Below are positions 33,313 through 43,055 of a stretch of 64,000 nucleotides of DNA, piece by piece. Under the pieces are notes generated by a model that was not told where the DNA came from, did not search any database, and saw only the letters and a list, made by a program, of their open reading frames with translations. Each line of letters starts with the position of its first letter. Position 1 is the stretch's first letter. Source of the DNA: Blastocatellia bacterium. Lineage in GTDB: Bacteria; Acidobacteriota; Blastocatellia; UBA7656. The position numbers and the translations under genes were made by a program. The stretch lies in assembly GCA_963765495.1 (NCBI GenBank), contig CAVXWP010000002.1:320001-384000 (forward strand), given 5' to 3'.

Positions 33313-34164
33313 ATGAGCACAAGCGCACCAAATCAAAGAGCGCCCTGGATACTGGCCGGGCTTTTGCTCGGTCACGTATTGCTGATGGCGGCCATGGCTC
33401 GCCACCCCGACAGCGAGCAGTCCATTCTCCGCACGTGGCTTATGACAGGATTTACTCCGGTCACAAAAGGAGCCGACTGGGTAATCGGAAAAGTCTCCGG
33501 CACCGTGGACAACTATGTTAATCTCAAAGGCGAGCACGAACAGAACATCGCTTTGAAAGAGCAGATTGCTCAACTGACCAAAGAACGCGACGAGGCCCGC
33601 GAGCGGGCAAAAGATTACGACCTGCTGCGCTCGCAGATTGCGCTTCCCTCCCGGCCTCAGTACACGGCCATTGCCGCCAATGTCATCGCCCGTGATACCA
33701 ATCTCTGGTACAAGCGACTGATTATTGATCGGGGCACGCTCGATGGAGTGAAACGCGATATGCCCGTTGTCACCGCCACGGGAGTTGTAGGTCGCGTGAT
33801 CGCAGTAGGACCAAACCACTCCATGGTTCAGGTGATAACCGATAAACACGCGGGCGCGGGCGCGATGTTGCAGGAGTCGCGGGTAAAAGGCGAGGTCCGA
33901 GGGCTCGATAATGCCCGCGCCGAGCTTAAGAACATCCCGGCAAATGAGGAAGTCAAGCCGGGTGATGTGGTTGTCACGACCGGGCTCGACAGGATTTATC
34001 CCCGTGGGCTCGTCATCGGAACTGTCGAAGCAGTAGAAAATGACCCGAACGCACCCTGGCACAAGATCATTATCAACCCGTCGGCCCCCGTCGACCGCGT
34101 AGAAGAGGTTCTGGTGCTTCTGGTCGATCAAAAAGACATCCAAATAGACGACACAATCAAATAG
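33313..34164 (+). CDS. mreC: Rod shape-determining protein MreC
   Basis: TM helix, coiled coil, IDRG..DGV, GVVGRV and TTGLDRIYPRG; operon position. Confidence 0.95.
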   Translation: MSTSAPNQRAPWILAGLLLGHVLLMAAMARHPDSEQSILRTWLMTGFTPVTKGADWVIGKVSGTVDNYVNLKGEHEQNIALKEQIAQLTKERDEARERAKDYDLLRSQIALPSRPQYTAIAANVIARDTNLWYKRLIIDRGTLDGVKRDMPVVTATGVVGRVIAVGPNHSMVQVITDKHAGAGAMLQESRVKGEVRGLDNARAELKNIPANEEVKPGDVVVTTGLDRIYPRGLVIGTVEAVENDPNAPWHKIIINPSAPVDRVEEVLVLLVDQKDIQIDDTIK

Positions 34165-34182
34165 ACCGAGGTAGCTTGAAGA

Positions 34183-34710
34183 GTGCAAACCTTTAAAATC
34201 GCCCTGACAATAGCCATCGCGCTCTTGCTACAACTGGTACTCACAGACCACTTGCGTTTCTTTCGGTATGTGGACCTGCCGTTGCTGGTAACTGTCTATG
34301 TCAGCCTTCAACGCGCGCCCGTGCTTGCCATGCTGACGGGCGGGGTAGCTGGTCTCGGAGGCGACGCCATTGGCGGCGGCGTGCTCGGTGTTGGAGGTTT
34401 TTCGAAAACACTGATAGGATATTTAGTAGCGTTTGCCAGCATCAAGTTGTCGCTTGAAAACCCGCTTGCCCGACTTGCAGTTGTTGCGCTCGCTTCGGCG
34501 GCAAACACGATTCTGTATGCGGGTCTCAACCTCATGCTTGAGCAGACCTTGCCCGGTATGGATACCTGGGCGCAGTTTGGAAGGACGATTGGATGGAAGG
34601 CGCTCGGCGACACGCTCACGGCTCTGATACTGTTTCTGATCCTCGACAGGGTCTTTGCCGAGCAATCACAGGCCCGTCGAATGGCGATAAAGCGCAGATT
34701 CTATGAGTAG
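34183..34710 (+). CDS. mreD: Rod shape-determining protein MreD
   Basis: Hydrophobic 175-aa protein with DLPLL, between mreC and mrdA. Confidence 0.9.
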   Translation: MQTFKIALTIAIALLLQLVLTDHLRFFRYVDLPLLVTVYVSLQRAPVLAMLTGGVAGLGGDAIGGGVLGVGGFSKTLIGYLVAFASIKLSLENPLARLAVVALASAANTILYAGLNLMLEQTLPGMDTWAQFGRTIGWKALGDTLTALILFLILDRVFAEQSQARRMAIKRRFYE

Positions 34711-36664
34711 CAAGAGAAATTTCAAAGAAGCCGCCTACGATTTCGAATTGAGGCTCTACGGCATTCAATACCTCGTGCTGGTCATCGTCATTGCGCTCGG
34801 ATTTCGCTTTTACGTACTTCAGGTCACGCGCCACGATGTATTTCAGCAGCGCGCCGAAAACAACCGCATACGCGAAATCCCCATCATCGCCCCGCGCGGC
34901 GCTATTCTCGACCGCGAAGAGAAAGTACTCGTAGACAATACGCCTGCCTTTAACATCGTCGTCACTCCCGAAGACATGACCGACCGCAATGAGACTACTC
35001 GCGTGCTGGTCGAAAACCTTGCAGTAGACCGTACTCAGTTGCTCGACGAGTTGAACAATCCGTTGCGCCCAAGATCGCAGCCCGTACTGGTCAAGCAAAA
35101 TGCCACCGCTGCCGACCGCGCCTGGGTCATGGCTCACAACCTCGAACACCCTGAAATAGTTGTAGCCACCCAGCCGCAGAGGGTTTATCGCTACGGCAAA
35201 CTTGCCTCTCATGTGCTCGGCTATATCGGCGAAATCAGCTCTCGCCAGCTTGAACGCGCAAGGTACAAAGAAGCGGGCTATAAATCGGGTGACATCATCG
35301 GACAGGGTGGCATCGAGGCCGTATACGATAAGATTCTGCGCGGTCAGGACGGGATGCGTCGGTTGATTGTCGATAGCCGGGGCCGCCCCGTCCGTGAACT
35401 TGAAACCATCGAACCTATTAGGGGGCAGGACATCATCACTACGCTTGATCTGGATGTTCAACAAACCGCCGAGGAAGAGTTTGACAAGAATGACGAAACG
35501 GGCGTGGCGATTGCCTTAAACCCTCAGAACGGCGAAGTGCTGGCTATGGTTTCGCGCCCCGCCTTCGACCCCAACGTCTTTGCCGCGAATCTTATATCAT
35601 CGGGAGAATACCGCGCCGAAGTGCGAGCGCTTATGACCGACCCGAAAGACCCTATGCATAATGATGCTATTCAGGGGATATACCCGACCGGGTCTACCTG
35701 GAAGCTGCTGATGGCGACAGCCGCGCTCGAAGAAGGCGTCATCACGCCAAAGGATTCCAGAATCGCCTGCGGCGGCGGCATTCAGGTAGGCAATCGCTTT
35801 GTCAGATGCATGGGCAATCACGGCGCGCCCGATATTCACACCGCCATTGTGAAATCCTGCGACGGGTACTTCTACCGCCTCGGCCTGAAGATGGGCGTAG
35901 ATATGATCCACGACTGGGTCGTGAGGTTCGGAGCCGGACGCAAAACAGGAATCGATCTTCCAAGCGAGGTGTCGGGATGGATTCCCTCTCGCGAGCTGAA
36001 GAAGAAATTCAATCCGCGCAACCCGGAATGGAAAGATTTCGATACGGTTATTGCCTCAATAGGTCAGGGGTCGGTGGCTATCTCGCCCCTGCAACTCCTC
36101 TATGCCGTATCGGGAATCATGATGAGCGGAGAGTATAATACGCCTCACATCTTTAAAGAGGCAAAACCCAACGCGCTTTCCGATGTGACTTATTACGAAG
36201 GCGAACCCCGTCGGGTGAGCTTATCGCCTGAGACGGTTAACATCTTGACTTACGGCGCGTGGGGAGTTGTCAACGAGGGCGGAACCGCTGGCAGTGTAGG
36301 CTTTCCCAGAGAGTTGAATGTAGGAGGCAAGACCGGCACCGCTCAGGTAATAGCCATGGAAAAATCACGCGGCGGCAAAGAGCACCGCGACCATGCCTGG
36401 TTCATAGGATTTGCCCCGCTTCACACCGGAGAGAAACCGGAGATCGGCGTAGTGGCGCTGACCGAGCACGGCGGCTTCGGCGGCAGGGCCTCCGCTCCAA
36501 AGGTGAAGATGATAATGGGAGCCTATTACTCCAAGAAGTTTGGCCGCCCCGTATTGCCCGAACTCATAGCCAAAAACGAGCAGGAAAAACTCGATTCCGA
36601 AAAGGACGCTTCAGAGCTTGCCGCGCCCCTTGCGACGGCTGAGGAGCGCGCACTCGATCAGTGA
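34703..36664 (+). CDS. mrdA: Penicillin-binding protein 2, copy 1
   Basis: APRGAILDR, STWK (SxxK), SCD, KTGTAQ and DHAWF. Confidence 0.95.
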   Translation: MSSKRNFKEAAYDFELRLYGIQYLVLVIVIALGFRFYVLQVTRHDVFQQRAENNRIREIPIIAPRGAILDREEKVLVDNTPAFNIVVTPEDMTDRNETTRVLVENLAVDRTQLLDELNNPLRPRSQPVLVKQNATAADRAWVMAHNLEHPEIVVATQPQRVYRYGKLASHVLGYIGEISSRQLERARYKEAGYKSGDIIGQGGIEAVYDKILRGQDGMRRLIVDSRGRPVRELETIEPIRGQDIITTLDLDVQQTAEEEFDKNDETGVAIALNPQNGEVLAMVSRPAFDPNVFAANLISSGEYRAEVRALMTDPKDPMHNDAIQGIYPTGSTWKLLMATAALEEGVITPKDSRIACGGGIQVGNRFVRCMGNHGAPDIHTAIVKSCDGYFYRLGLKMGVDMIHDWVVRFGAGRKTGIDLPSEVSGWIPSRELKKKFNPRNPEWKDFDTVIASIGQGSVAISPLQLLYAVSGIMMSGEYNTPHIFKEAKPNALSDVTYYEGEPRRVSLSPETVNILTYGAWGVVNEGGTAGSVGFPRELNVGGKTGTAQVIAMEKSRGGKEHRDHAWFIGFAPLHTGEKPEIGVVALTEHGGFGGRASAPKVKMIMGAYYSKKFGRPVLPELIAKNEQEKLDSEKDASELAAPLATAEERALDQ

Positions 36665-36676
36665 GGCGCAAAGATT

Positions 36677-38635
36677 ATGAGCAGTAACAAGAATAAGAAC
36701 CTCAAAGAAGGCGCATTTGATTTCGAGTTGAGAATCTCGACGGTGATGTATTTGGTGCTGGCCATATTCGTCGCCATGGGAATTCGCTTTTACGTACTTC
36801 AGGTCACGCGCCACGATGTATTTCAGCAGCGCGCCGAAAACAACCGCATACGCGAAATCCCCATCATCGCCCCGCGCGGCGCTATTCTCGACCGCGAAGA
36901 GAAAGTGCTCGTAGACAATACGCCGGCCACAAATATCGTGATAACGCCCGAAGACATGACCGACCGCAACGAGACAATTCGCGTGCTGGTCGAAAATCTC
37001 GATGTTGACCCGGAGCGGATCAAGGCGGAACTAAACGATATAAAACGCCCAAAATCGCAGCCTATACTGGTCAAGCAGAATGCCACCGATGCCGACCGGG
37101 CTTATGTGTCGGCTCACGAGTATGAGCATCCTGAAATAGCCATAGAACAGCAGCCGCAGCGGCGCTATCGCTATGGACGCCTCGCCGCGCATGTGCTCGG
37201 CTACATCGGCGAGATCAGCCCAAAACAACTCGAACTTCCCAGGTATGTAGAAGCCGGATACAAGTCGGGCGACATCATCGGGCAGGGCGGTATCGAGGCC
37301 GTATACGATAAGATTCTCAGAGGCAAAGATGGCATGCGGCGAGTCATAGTCGATAGCCGGGGCCGCCCCGTCCGTGAGCTTGAGACCATCGAACCCATCA
37401 AGGGTCAGGATATCATTACGACTCTGGACCTCGATATACAGAAAGTCGCCGAAGATCAGTTCTATAATCTGCATCATACGGGGGCCGCCATCGCCTTGAA
37501 CCCGCAGAACGGCGAGATACTGGCTATGGTTTCGGTTCCCGCCTTTGACCCGAACGTCTTCGCAATGAACGTGATCTCGGCTGGCAGCAACCGCGCCGCG
37601 GTCAACGCCATTATCAGAGACCCCGCGCACCCGCTCTTCAATAAGGCAATTCAGAGCATCTATCCGACCGGCTCTACCTGGAAGATTATGATGGCGACAG
37701 CCGGGCTCGAAGAAGGCGTCATCACGCCAAAGAACTCCAGACTTGTATGCGGCGGCGGGATTCAGGTAGGCAATCGCTTTGTCCACTGCGGCGGCAATCA
37801 TGGCTCGCCCGATATTCACGCGGCGATTGTGCATTCGTGCGACGGATATTTTTATCGCCTCGGTTTGAAGATGGGCGTTGACGAGATTCACGACTGGGTA
37901 TTGCGATTCGGCATGGGGCAGAAGACCGGCATTGATCTGCCTTCGGAAGTACGAGGGATAATACCGAGCCGCGAATGGAAAGCCAGAGTCAACCCGCGTG
38001 ACCCGGTGTGGAAAGATTTCGACACCGTCATCGCAAGCATAGGTCAGGGATCGGTCGCCGTTCCGCCCATTCAATTGATCAGGGCCGAATCGGGCATAAT
38101 GATGGGGGGCGAATTTCACACCCCGCACATATTCAAAGAAGCAAAGGCGACTCAGTTTGCCCCGGTCAAGTATTACGATGACCAGCCTACCGAGATAAAG
38201 CTTTCGCCCGAGACTATCGATATCGTCACCTACGGCGCGTGGGGCGTAGTCAATGAAGGCGGGACCGCTGGCGGAGTCGGATTCCCGCGCGACCTCAACA
38301 TAGGAGGCAAGACCGGAACCGCTCAGGTTATCGCTAAAGAAAAAGTCCGAACCAAAGAGCATAAGGACCATTCGTGGTTTATAAGCTTTGCGCCGGTCCA
38401 CACGGGCGAGAAACCCGAGATCGCCGTCGTTTCAATAACCGAAAACGGCGGCTGGGGCGCAAGCTCTTCCGCGCCTAAAGTGAAGATGATCGACGCAGCC
38501 TACTTCTCTAAGAAACTCGGCCACCCGGTTTTGCCCGAGCTTGTAGCCAGCGCAAAACAACCCCAGGATAAAGGTGCCGCCCCGGCAGCGACCGGGTCTG
38601 TGGCTACCGAGACCGAGCGGTCACGTAATCAATAA
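36677..38635 (+). CDS. mrdA: Penicillin-binding protein 2, copy 2
   Basis: Full-length paralog with STWK, SCD, KTGTAQ and DHSWF. Confidence 0.95.
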   Translation: MSSNKNKNLKEGAFDFELRISTVMYLVLAIFVAMGIRFYVLQVTRHDVFQQRAENNRIREIPIIAPRGAILDREEKVLVDNTPATNIVITPEDMTDRNETIRVLVENLDVDPERIKAELNDIKRPKSQPILVKQNATDADRAYVSAHEYEHPEIAIEQQPQRRYRYGRLAAHVLGYIGEISPKQLELPRYVEAGYKSGDIIGQGGIEAVYDKILRGKDGMRRVIVDSRGRPVRELETIEPIKGQDIITTLDLDIQKVAEDQFYNLHHTGAAIALNPQNGEILAMVSVPAFDPNVFAMNVISAGSNRAAVNAIIRDPAHPLFNKAIQSIYPTGSTWKIMMATAGLEEGVITPKNSRLVCGGGIQVGNRFVHCGGNHGSPDIHAAIVHSCDGYFYRLGLKMGVDEIHDWVLRFGMGQKTGIDLPSEVRGIIPSREWKARVNPRDPVWKDFDTVIASIGQGSVAVPPIQLIRAESGIMMGGEFHTPHIFKEAKATQFAPVKYYDDQPTEIKLSPETIDIVTYGAWGVVNEGGTAGGVGFPRDLNIGGKTGTAQVIAKEKVRTKEHKDHSWFISFAPVHTGEKPEIAVVSITENGGWGASSSAPKVKMIDAAYFSKKLGHPVLPELVASAKQPQDKGAAPAATGSVATETERSRNQ

Positions 38636-38671
38636 AACCCCGGGTCGATTTTATCGAATGCTCGCTTGCCT

Positions 38672-38905
38672 ATGAAGAAAGAAAAGAGTTTTGAAGCCTC
38701 GCTCAAAGAGCTTGAGGAAATCGTCGAACAACTCGAAGGCGGCGACCTGCCGCTGGAAAAATCGCTCGAACTCTTCGAACAGGGAGTCCACCTCTCGCGC
38801 AATTGTCACAAGAGGTTGGACGAGGCCGAGCGCAAGGTAGAGATTTTGCTCAAAGGCGAGGACGGCGCTTTTTCAACAAGCCTCTTTGAAGAGCCGGAAG
38901 AATGA
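38672..38905 (+). CDS. xseB: Exodeoxyribonuclease VII small subunit
   Basis: SFEASLKELEEIVEQLEGGDLPLEKSLELFEQG. Confidence 0.96.
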   Translation: MKKEKSFEASLKELEEIVEQLEGGDLPLEKSLELFEQGVHLSRNCHKRLDEAERKVEILLKGEDGAFSTSLFEEPEE

Positions 38906-38935
38906 TTGGTATCTGTTCAGAAAGGAAGAAAATTT

Positions 38936-39002
38936 GCCACAGAGAGACAAAGACACAGAGATTTTTTATAATCTTATCTCTGTGCCTCTGCGCCTCTGTG
39001 GC
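38936..39002. repeat. CACAGAG palindromic element
   Basis: GCCACAGAGAGACAAAGACACAGAG / CTCTGTGCCTCTGCGCCTCTGTGGC. Confidence 0.85.
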
Positions 39003-39020
39003 TACTGCTGAACTCTTACA

Positions 39021-39920
39021 ATGACAGCACCCGACGCGATTACCGATTATCTTGCGCGCCGCGCCGAAGAGGTCAATATCTGGCTGGATCGGCTGGTCCC
39101 CTCGGAGTCCTTCCCACCCGTTCATTTGCACAGGGCGATGCGCTACTCGCTTTTTGCAGGCGGCAAACGGCTCAGACCCGTGCTCGCGCTCGCAAGCGGC
39201 GAAGCCTTCGGCGCTCGATCAGAAACCATTATGCCCGCCGCCTGCGCGCTCGAAATGATCCACACCTATTCGCTCATCCACGACGACCTGCCCGCCATGG
39301 ATAACGACGATCTCCGCCGGGGCCGCCCAACCTGTCATAAGGCATTCGGAGAGGCAACAGCCATCCTGGCCGGAGACGCGCTGCTCACGCAGGCTTTCAT
39401 CGTGCTGGCGGCGCCCGCCCCTGCGATCACGCCCGAACGCCAGATACGAGTTATCCGCGAGATCTCGGCGGCAGCAGCCACCATTGACGCCATGATAGGC
39501 GGGCAGATGGCAGACATCGAAGCCGAAGGCAGACAGATTGACTCGGAGACCCTGGAATATATTCATCGCTCAAAGACCGGGGCCATGATTCGCGCCTCGG
39601 TCGTCACAGGCGCGATAATTGCCGGAGCAAGCGACGAACAGATTGAAAAAATCGGCCGCTACGGCCAGAAGATAGGTCTCGCCTTTCAGATAGCCGATGA
39701 CATACTCGATGTGACCTCGACGAGTGAAGAACTGGGCAAGACCCCGGGCAAAGACGCGGCAGCCCTCAAGGCCACTTATCCCGCGATCCACGGCATCAGG
39801 GCTTCGGAGGCTCGCGCCCGCAAGCTTGTCGATGAAGCCGTGACGCTTGCTTCCGAGCTTGGGGTAAGTTCCGGGTTGCTCGAAGAAATCGCCCGGTTCA
39901 TCATTGCCAGAAGGTCGTGA
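39021..39920 (+). CDS. ispA: Farnesyl diphosphate synthase (polyprenyl synthetase)
   Basis: [28 protein letters not shown] and GKTPGKD. Confidence 0.95.
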   Translation: MTAPDAITDYLARRAEEVNIWLDRLVPSESFPPVHLHRAMRYSLFAGGKRLRPVLALASGEAFGARSETIMPAACALEMIHTYSLIHDDLPAMDNDDLRRGRPTCHKAFGEATAILAGDALLTQAFIVLAAPAPAITPERQIRVIREISAAAATIDAMIGGQMADIEAEGRQIDSETLEYIHRSKTGAMIRASVVTGAIIAGASDEQIEKIGRYGQKIGLAFQIADDILDVTSTSEELGKTPGKDAAALKATYPAIHGIRASEARARKLVDEAVTLASELGVSSGLLEEIARFIIARRS

Positions 39921-40093
39921 TTCCGGTTATGCTTTTCGTCACGACACATCCCCCGGAAGCAGACTACGCTTATGTGAGTTTTAAACGATCGGCGCGGCTC
40001 GAAGCTTGACCAACCGCGAGCATCCTCTGCCACAGCACCGGCATCAGAGGCAGGAGCCACCGGTTAATCACTCTAGGAGAAGTAATCAATACT

Positions 40094-41998
40094 ATGAAGA
40101 TACTTTCACAGATAAATGATCCGGCAGACCTCAGACAACTTCCAGCCTCGCAGCTTCAGGAACTCGCAAACGAGATACGCGAGTACATGATCGAGACGCT
40201 GTCGAAGATAGGCGGGCACACGGGCGCAAGCCTCGGCCCCGTCGAATTGATTCTCGCCCTGCATTACGCCTTCGATACGCCGCGTGACAGGCTGGTCTTT
40301 GACATAGGCCATCAGGCATATGCTCACAAGATCATCACCGGACGCCGCGACCAGTTCCCAACCATTCGGCAGTATGACGGGTTGAGCGGGTTCCTGCGCC
40401 GCGAAGAATCGGGCTATGACGTATTCAATGCCGCGCACGCGGGCACTTCGATCTCTGCCGCCCTCGGCATAGCCGCCGCCCGCGATGTTGTCGAAGAGGA
40501 TTTCAACGTGATCGCCTTTATAGGCGATGCCGGGCTGACCGCCGGGATGGCTCTTGAAGGTATCAATCAGGTAGGGCATCTCAAAAAGAAGATGATCATA
40601 ATCCTCAACGACAACGAGATGTCCATCTCTCCAAACGTGGGCGCGCTCGCAGGCTACCTGAACCGTATACGCAGCGCGCGACCTTACAACGAACTCAAAC
40701 ACGAGGTTGAAGAATGGCTTAAATCCATCCCCGCCGTCGGCGGGATGATGCTGTCGGGGGCCAAGGCGGTCAAAGATACACTGGCGCGGGCCTTTATTCC
40801 CGGCGCGCTCTGGGAAGAACTCGGCCTCAAATATGTAGGCCCGATAAACGGCCACGACACGAACTCGATCATTCAAACCCTCGAAGAGGCCAAGAAGGAA
40901 GAGGGGCCGGTGCTTGTCCACGCCCTGACGGTCAAGGGCAAAGGATACGAGCCTGCCGAGCGCGACAAGACATCGTGGCACGGCACATCGGCCTTTGAAA
41001 TCTCAACCGGCAAATTTATCAAAGAGCCCGCCACGGGGCCGTCTTACACCGCAGTATTTGCGCAGGCTACGATTGACCTGATGAAACAGGATGATCGCAT
41101 AATGGCGATCACCGCCGCGATGCCCGACGGCACAGGGCTTTCGAAAGTGATGAAAGAATTCCCCGACAGAACATTTGACGTAGCCATAGCCGAACAGCAC
41201 GCCGTCACCTTCGCGGCAGGCATGGCGACCGAAGGATTGAAACCCATCGCGGCGATTTACTCTTCGTTTTTGCAGCGCGCATTCGATCAGATATTTCACG
41301 ATGTAGTCTTGATGGACCTGGATGTGACATTCGCGCTCGACCGCTCGGGAGTGGTCGGCGCGGACGGGCCTACGCATCACGGGTTGATGGATTTCGCCTA
41401 CCTTCGCCCGATGCCCAATTTCGTCATCATGGCTCCGAAGGACGAAAACGAGCTTCGCCACATGCTGAAGACCGCCGTAGATTACAACGGCCCGGCGGCA
41501 GTCCGCTATCCGCGCGGAAACGGCCTCGGCGTTGCGATGGACGAAGAGATACAGGCGCTTGAAATCGGCAAGGCTGAAATCCTCCGCGACGGCACTGACG
41601 TTGCGCTTCTCGGCATAGGCACGATGGTGTCTCACGTGATGAAGGCGGCAGAGAAGCTCGCCTCCGAAGGTCTCAATCCTACGGTTGTGAATGCGCGATT
41701 CGTCAAACCTCTGGATGAGGAGTTGATACTGGCGCTTGCCCGTTCGCACGGCTCAATCGTCACGGTCGAAGATCACTGGCTGACGGGCGGATTCGGAAGC
41801 GCCGTCATGGAATTGCTCGAACAACATCAATTATTCGATGTGCGAGTGCTCAGGCTGGGCTGGCCCGACAAGCTTATAGAACACGGCCCGCAGAGCCTTC
41901 TGCTTGCCAAATACGGACTTGACGGCAGCGGGATTCATTCACGTGTGAGAGATTTCGTCGCAAGCAAATACAGCTTCGAACCGATTCATTCCAGGTAG
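40094..41998 (+). CDS. dxs: 1-deoxy-D-xylulose-5-phosphate synthase
   Basis: DIGHQAYAHK, LNDNEMSI, IAEQHA, FLQRAFDQ, DGPTHHG and RYPRG. Confidence 0.98.
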   Translation: MKILSQINDPADLRQLPASQLQELANEIREYMIETLSKIGGHTGASLGPVELILALHYAFDTPRDRLVFDIGHQAYAHKIITGRRDQFPTIRQYDGLSGFLRREESGYDVFNAAHAGTSISAALGIAAARDVVEEDFNVIAFIGDAGLTAGMALEGINQVGHLKKKMIIILNDNEMSISPNVGALAGYLNRIRSARPYNELKHEVEEWLKSIPAVGGMMLSGAKAVKDTLARAFIPGALWEELGLKYVGPINGHDTNSIIQTLEEAKKEEGPVLVHALTVKGKGYEPAERDKTSWHGTSAFEISTGKFIKEPATGPSYTAVFAQATIDLMKQDDRIMAITAAMPDGTGLSKVMKEFPDRTFDVAIAEQHAVTFAAGMATEGLKPIAAIYSSFLQRAFDQIFHDVVLMDLDVTFALDRSGVVGADGPTHHGLMDFAYLRPMPNFVIMAPKDENELRHMLKTAVDYNGPAAVRYPRGNGLGVAMDEEIQALEIGKAEILRDGTDVALLGIGTMVSHVMKAAEKLASEGLNPTVVNARFVKPLDEELILALARSHGSIVTVEDHWLTGGFGSAVMELLEQHQLFDVRVLRLGWPDKLIEHGPQSLLLAKYGLDGSGIHSRVRDFVASKYSFEPIHSR

Positions 41999-42000
41999 GC

Positions 42001-42079
42001 TTTGCCCTATAGCCACAGAGACACAAAGACAAAGAGAAAAATCTTATGATTCTCTTTGTCTTTGTGTCTATAGGGCAAA
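42001..42079. repeat. CACAGAG-family palindromic element between convergent genes
   Basis: TTTGCCCTATAG...GACACAAAGACAAAGAGA / TCTCTTTGTCTTTGTGTCTATAGGGCAAA. Confidence 0.8.
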
Positions 42080-42105
42080 TTCCCTGTTCTGAAAAAGACT
42101 CCTCG

Positions 42106-42888
42106 TCACTGCGTCTCGCGCCTCATTCCCGGTTGGCCCTCTTTGATTATCCTGGTCGTATGCTCGGTGACGCTCGGAGGCGCTTCATCAAGCCCCGGAG
42201 CCGTCTGAGGCGCGGTGTCGTGATCAACGACAGAATATGACTGAGGCAGGTATTGCTCGGATTGAGATCGAGAGCCGGACGGCTCGTCCTGCGTTTGAGG
42301 CAGGAATTTCGCCGTGAGGGTAGAGATCGAATCGGCAAAACAGGCATAGATAATTTGCGCCACTCCCTTGAGCACGGGTATGAGCGCGAAAAGCCAGAGC
42401 AAAGATATCAGCCGCTCAAGCCCGTTGATCGGATGCTGCGTCGCTTCTTCTATGCTTCTCAAAGTGCCTTCGTTTATGGCAACGCGACCCAGATAAAATA
42501 GAACCGCGCCGAGTCCAAGCCCTCCAAACAGCGTAATCAATCCATTCCTCAAACTATGCTGCCAGGAATAGGAGAGCCATTCTTTTGGTCTTGGCACTCT
42601 TGGCTCTTTTGCCTTGCGCTCGATTTGTGCTCGCATTCGCGCAGGTCCCGATTTCCAGTGATCAACCGATCCCTTGTGCGCCTCCCACCCCGATTTCCAG
42701 CTTTCGGAAAACTCTCTGGCATTGCGCGCTAGCGCTTCCATGTCCAGACCGAAAGGCCCCTTGTTTGTATAGTTGCTGTCCAGCGCGCCATAAATCAGTT
42801 GCAGATTCGTCCCGCAGGACTTGCAAAATTTTTGACTTTCCAACGCTTCGTTTCCACATTTCGGACAGTACATGCCGTCTCCTTTCAT
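42106..42888 (-). CDS. Zinc-ribbon membrane protein of unknown function
   Basis: MYCPKCG..FCKSCGT, two TM helices and a C-terminal PPSVTEHTT. The start may be at 42873. Confidence 0.75.
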   Translation of the reverse strand: MKGDGMYCPKCGNEALESQKFCKSCGTNLQLIYGALDSNYTNKGPFGLDMEALARNAREFSESWKSGWEAHKGSVDHWKSGPARMRAQIERKAKEPRVPRPKEWLSYSWQHSLRNGLITLFGGLGLGAVLFYLGRVAINEGTLRSIEEATQHPINGLERLISLLWLFALIPVLKGVAQIIYACFADSISTLTAKFLPQTQDEPSGSRSQSEQYLPQSYSVVDHDTAPQTAPGLDEAPPSVTEHTTRIIKEGQPGMRRETQ

Positions 42889-43055
42889 CAGGCCGGGCGC
42901 TTACGGGGCGCAACTTTAATACAATTTAATTGTATCACTAAAAACCTGCCAAGCTCTCTATACGAATTCATAGCGCGATTGTTTACAGGTCAGGTATTCT
43001 ATAAGAGGGGGTAGTAACGAGCAATGGGCGAAATGAATACAAAGAGACTGCCAAC

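Noticed and set aside
37031-38401. 456-aa antisense ORF (likewise 5132-6043, 32213-33202, 40106-40981 and others)
   Set aside because: These are shadow frames opposite well-conserved genes in GC-rich DNA, with no recognisable motifs.
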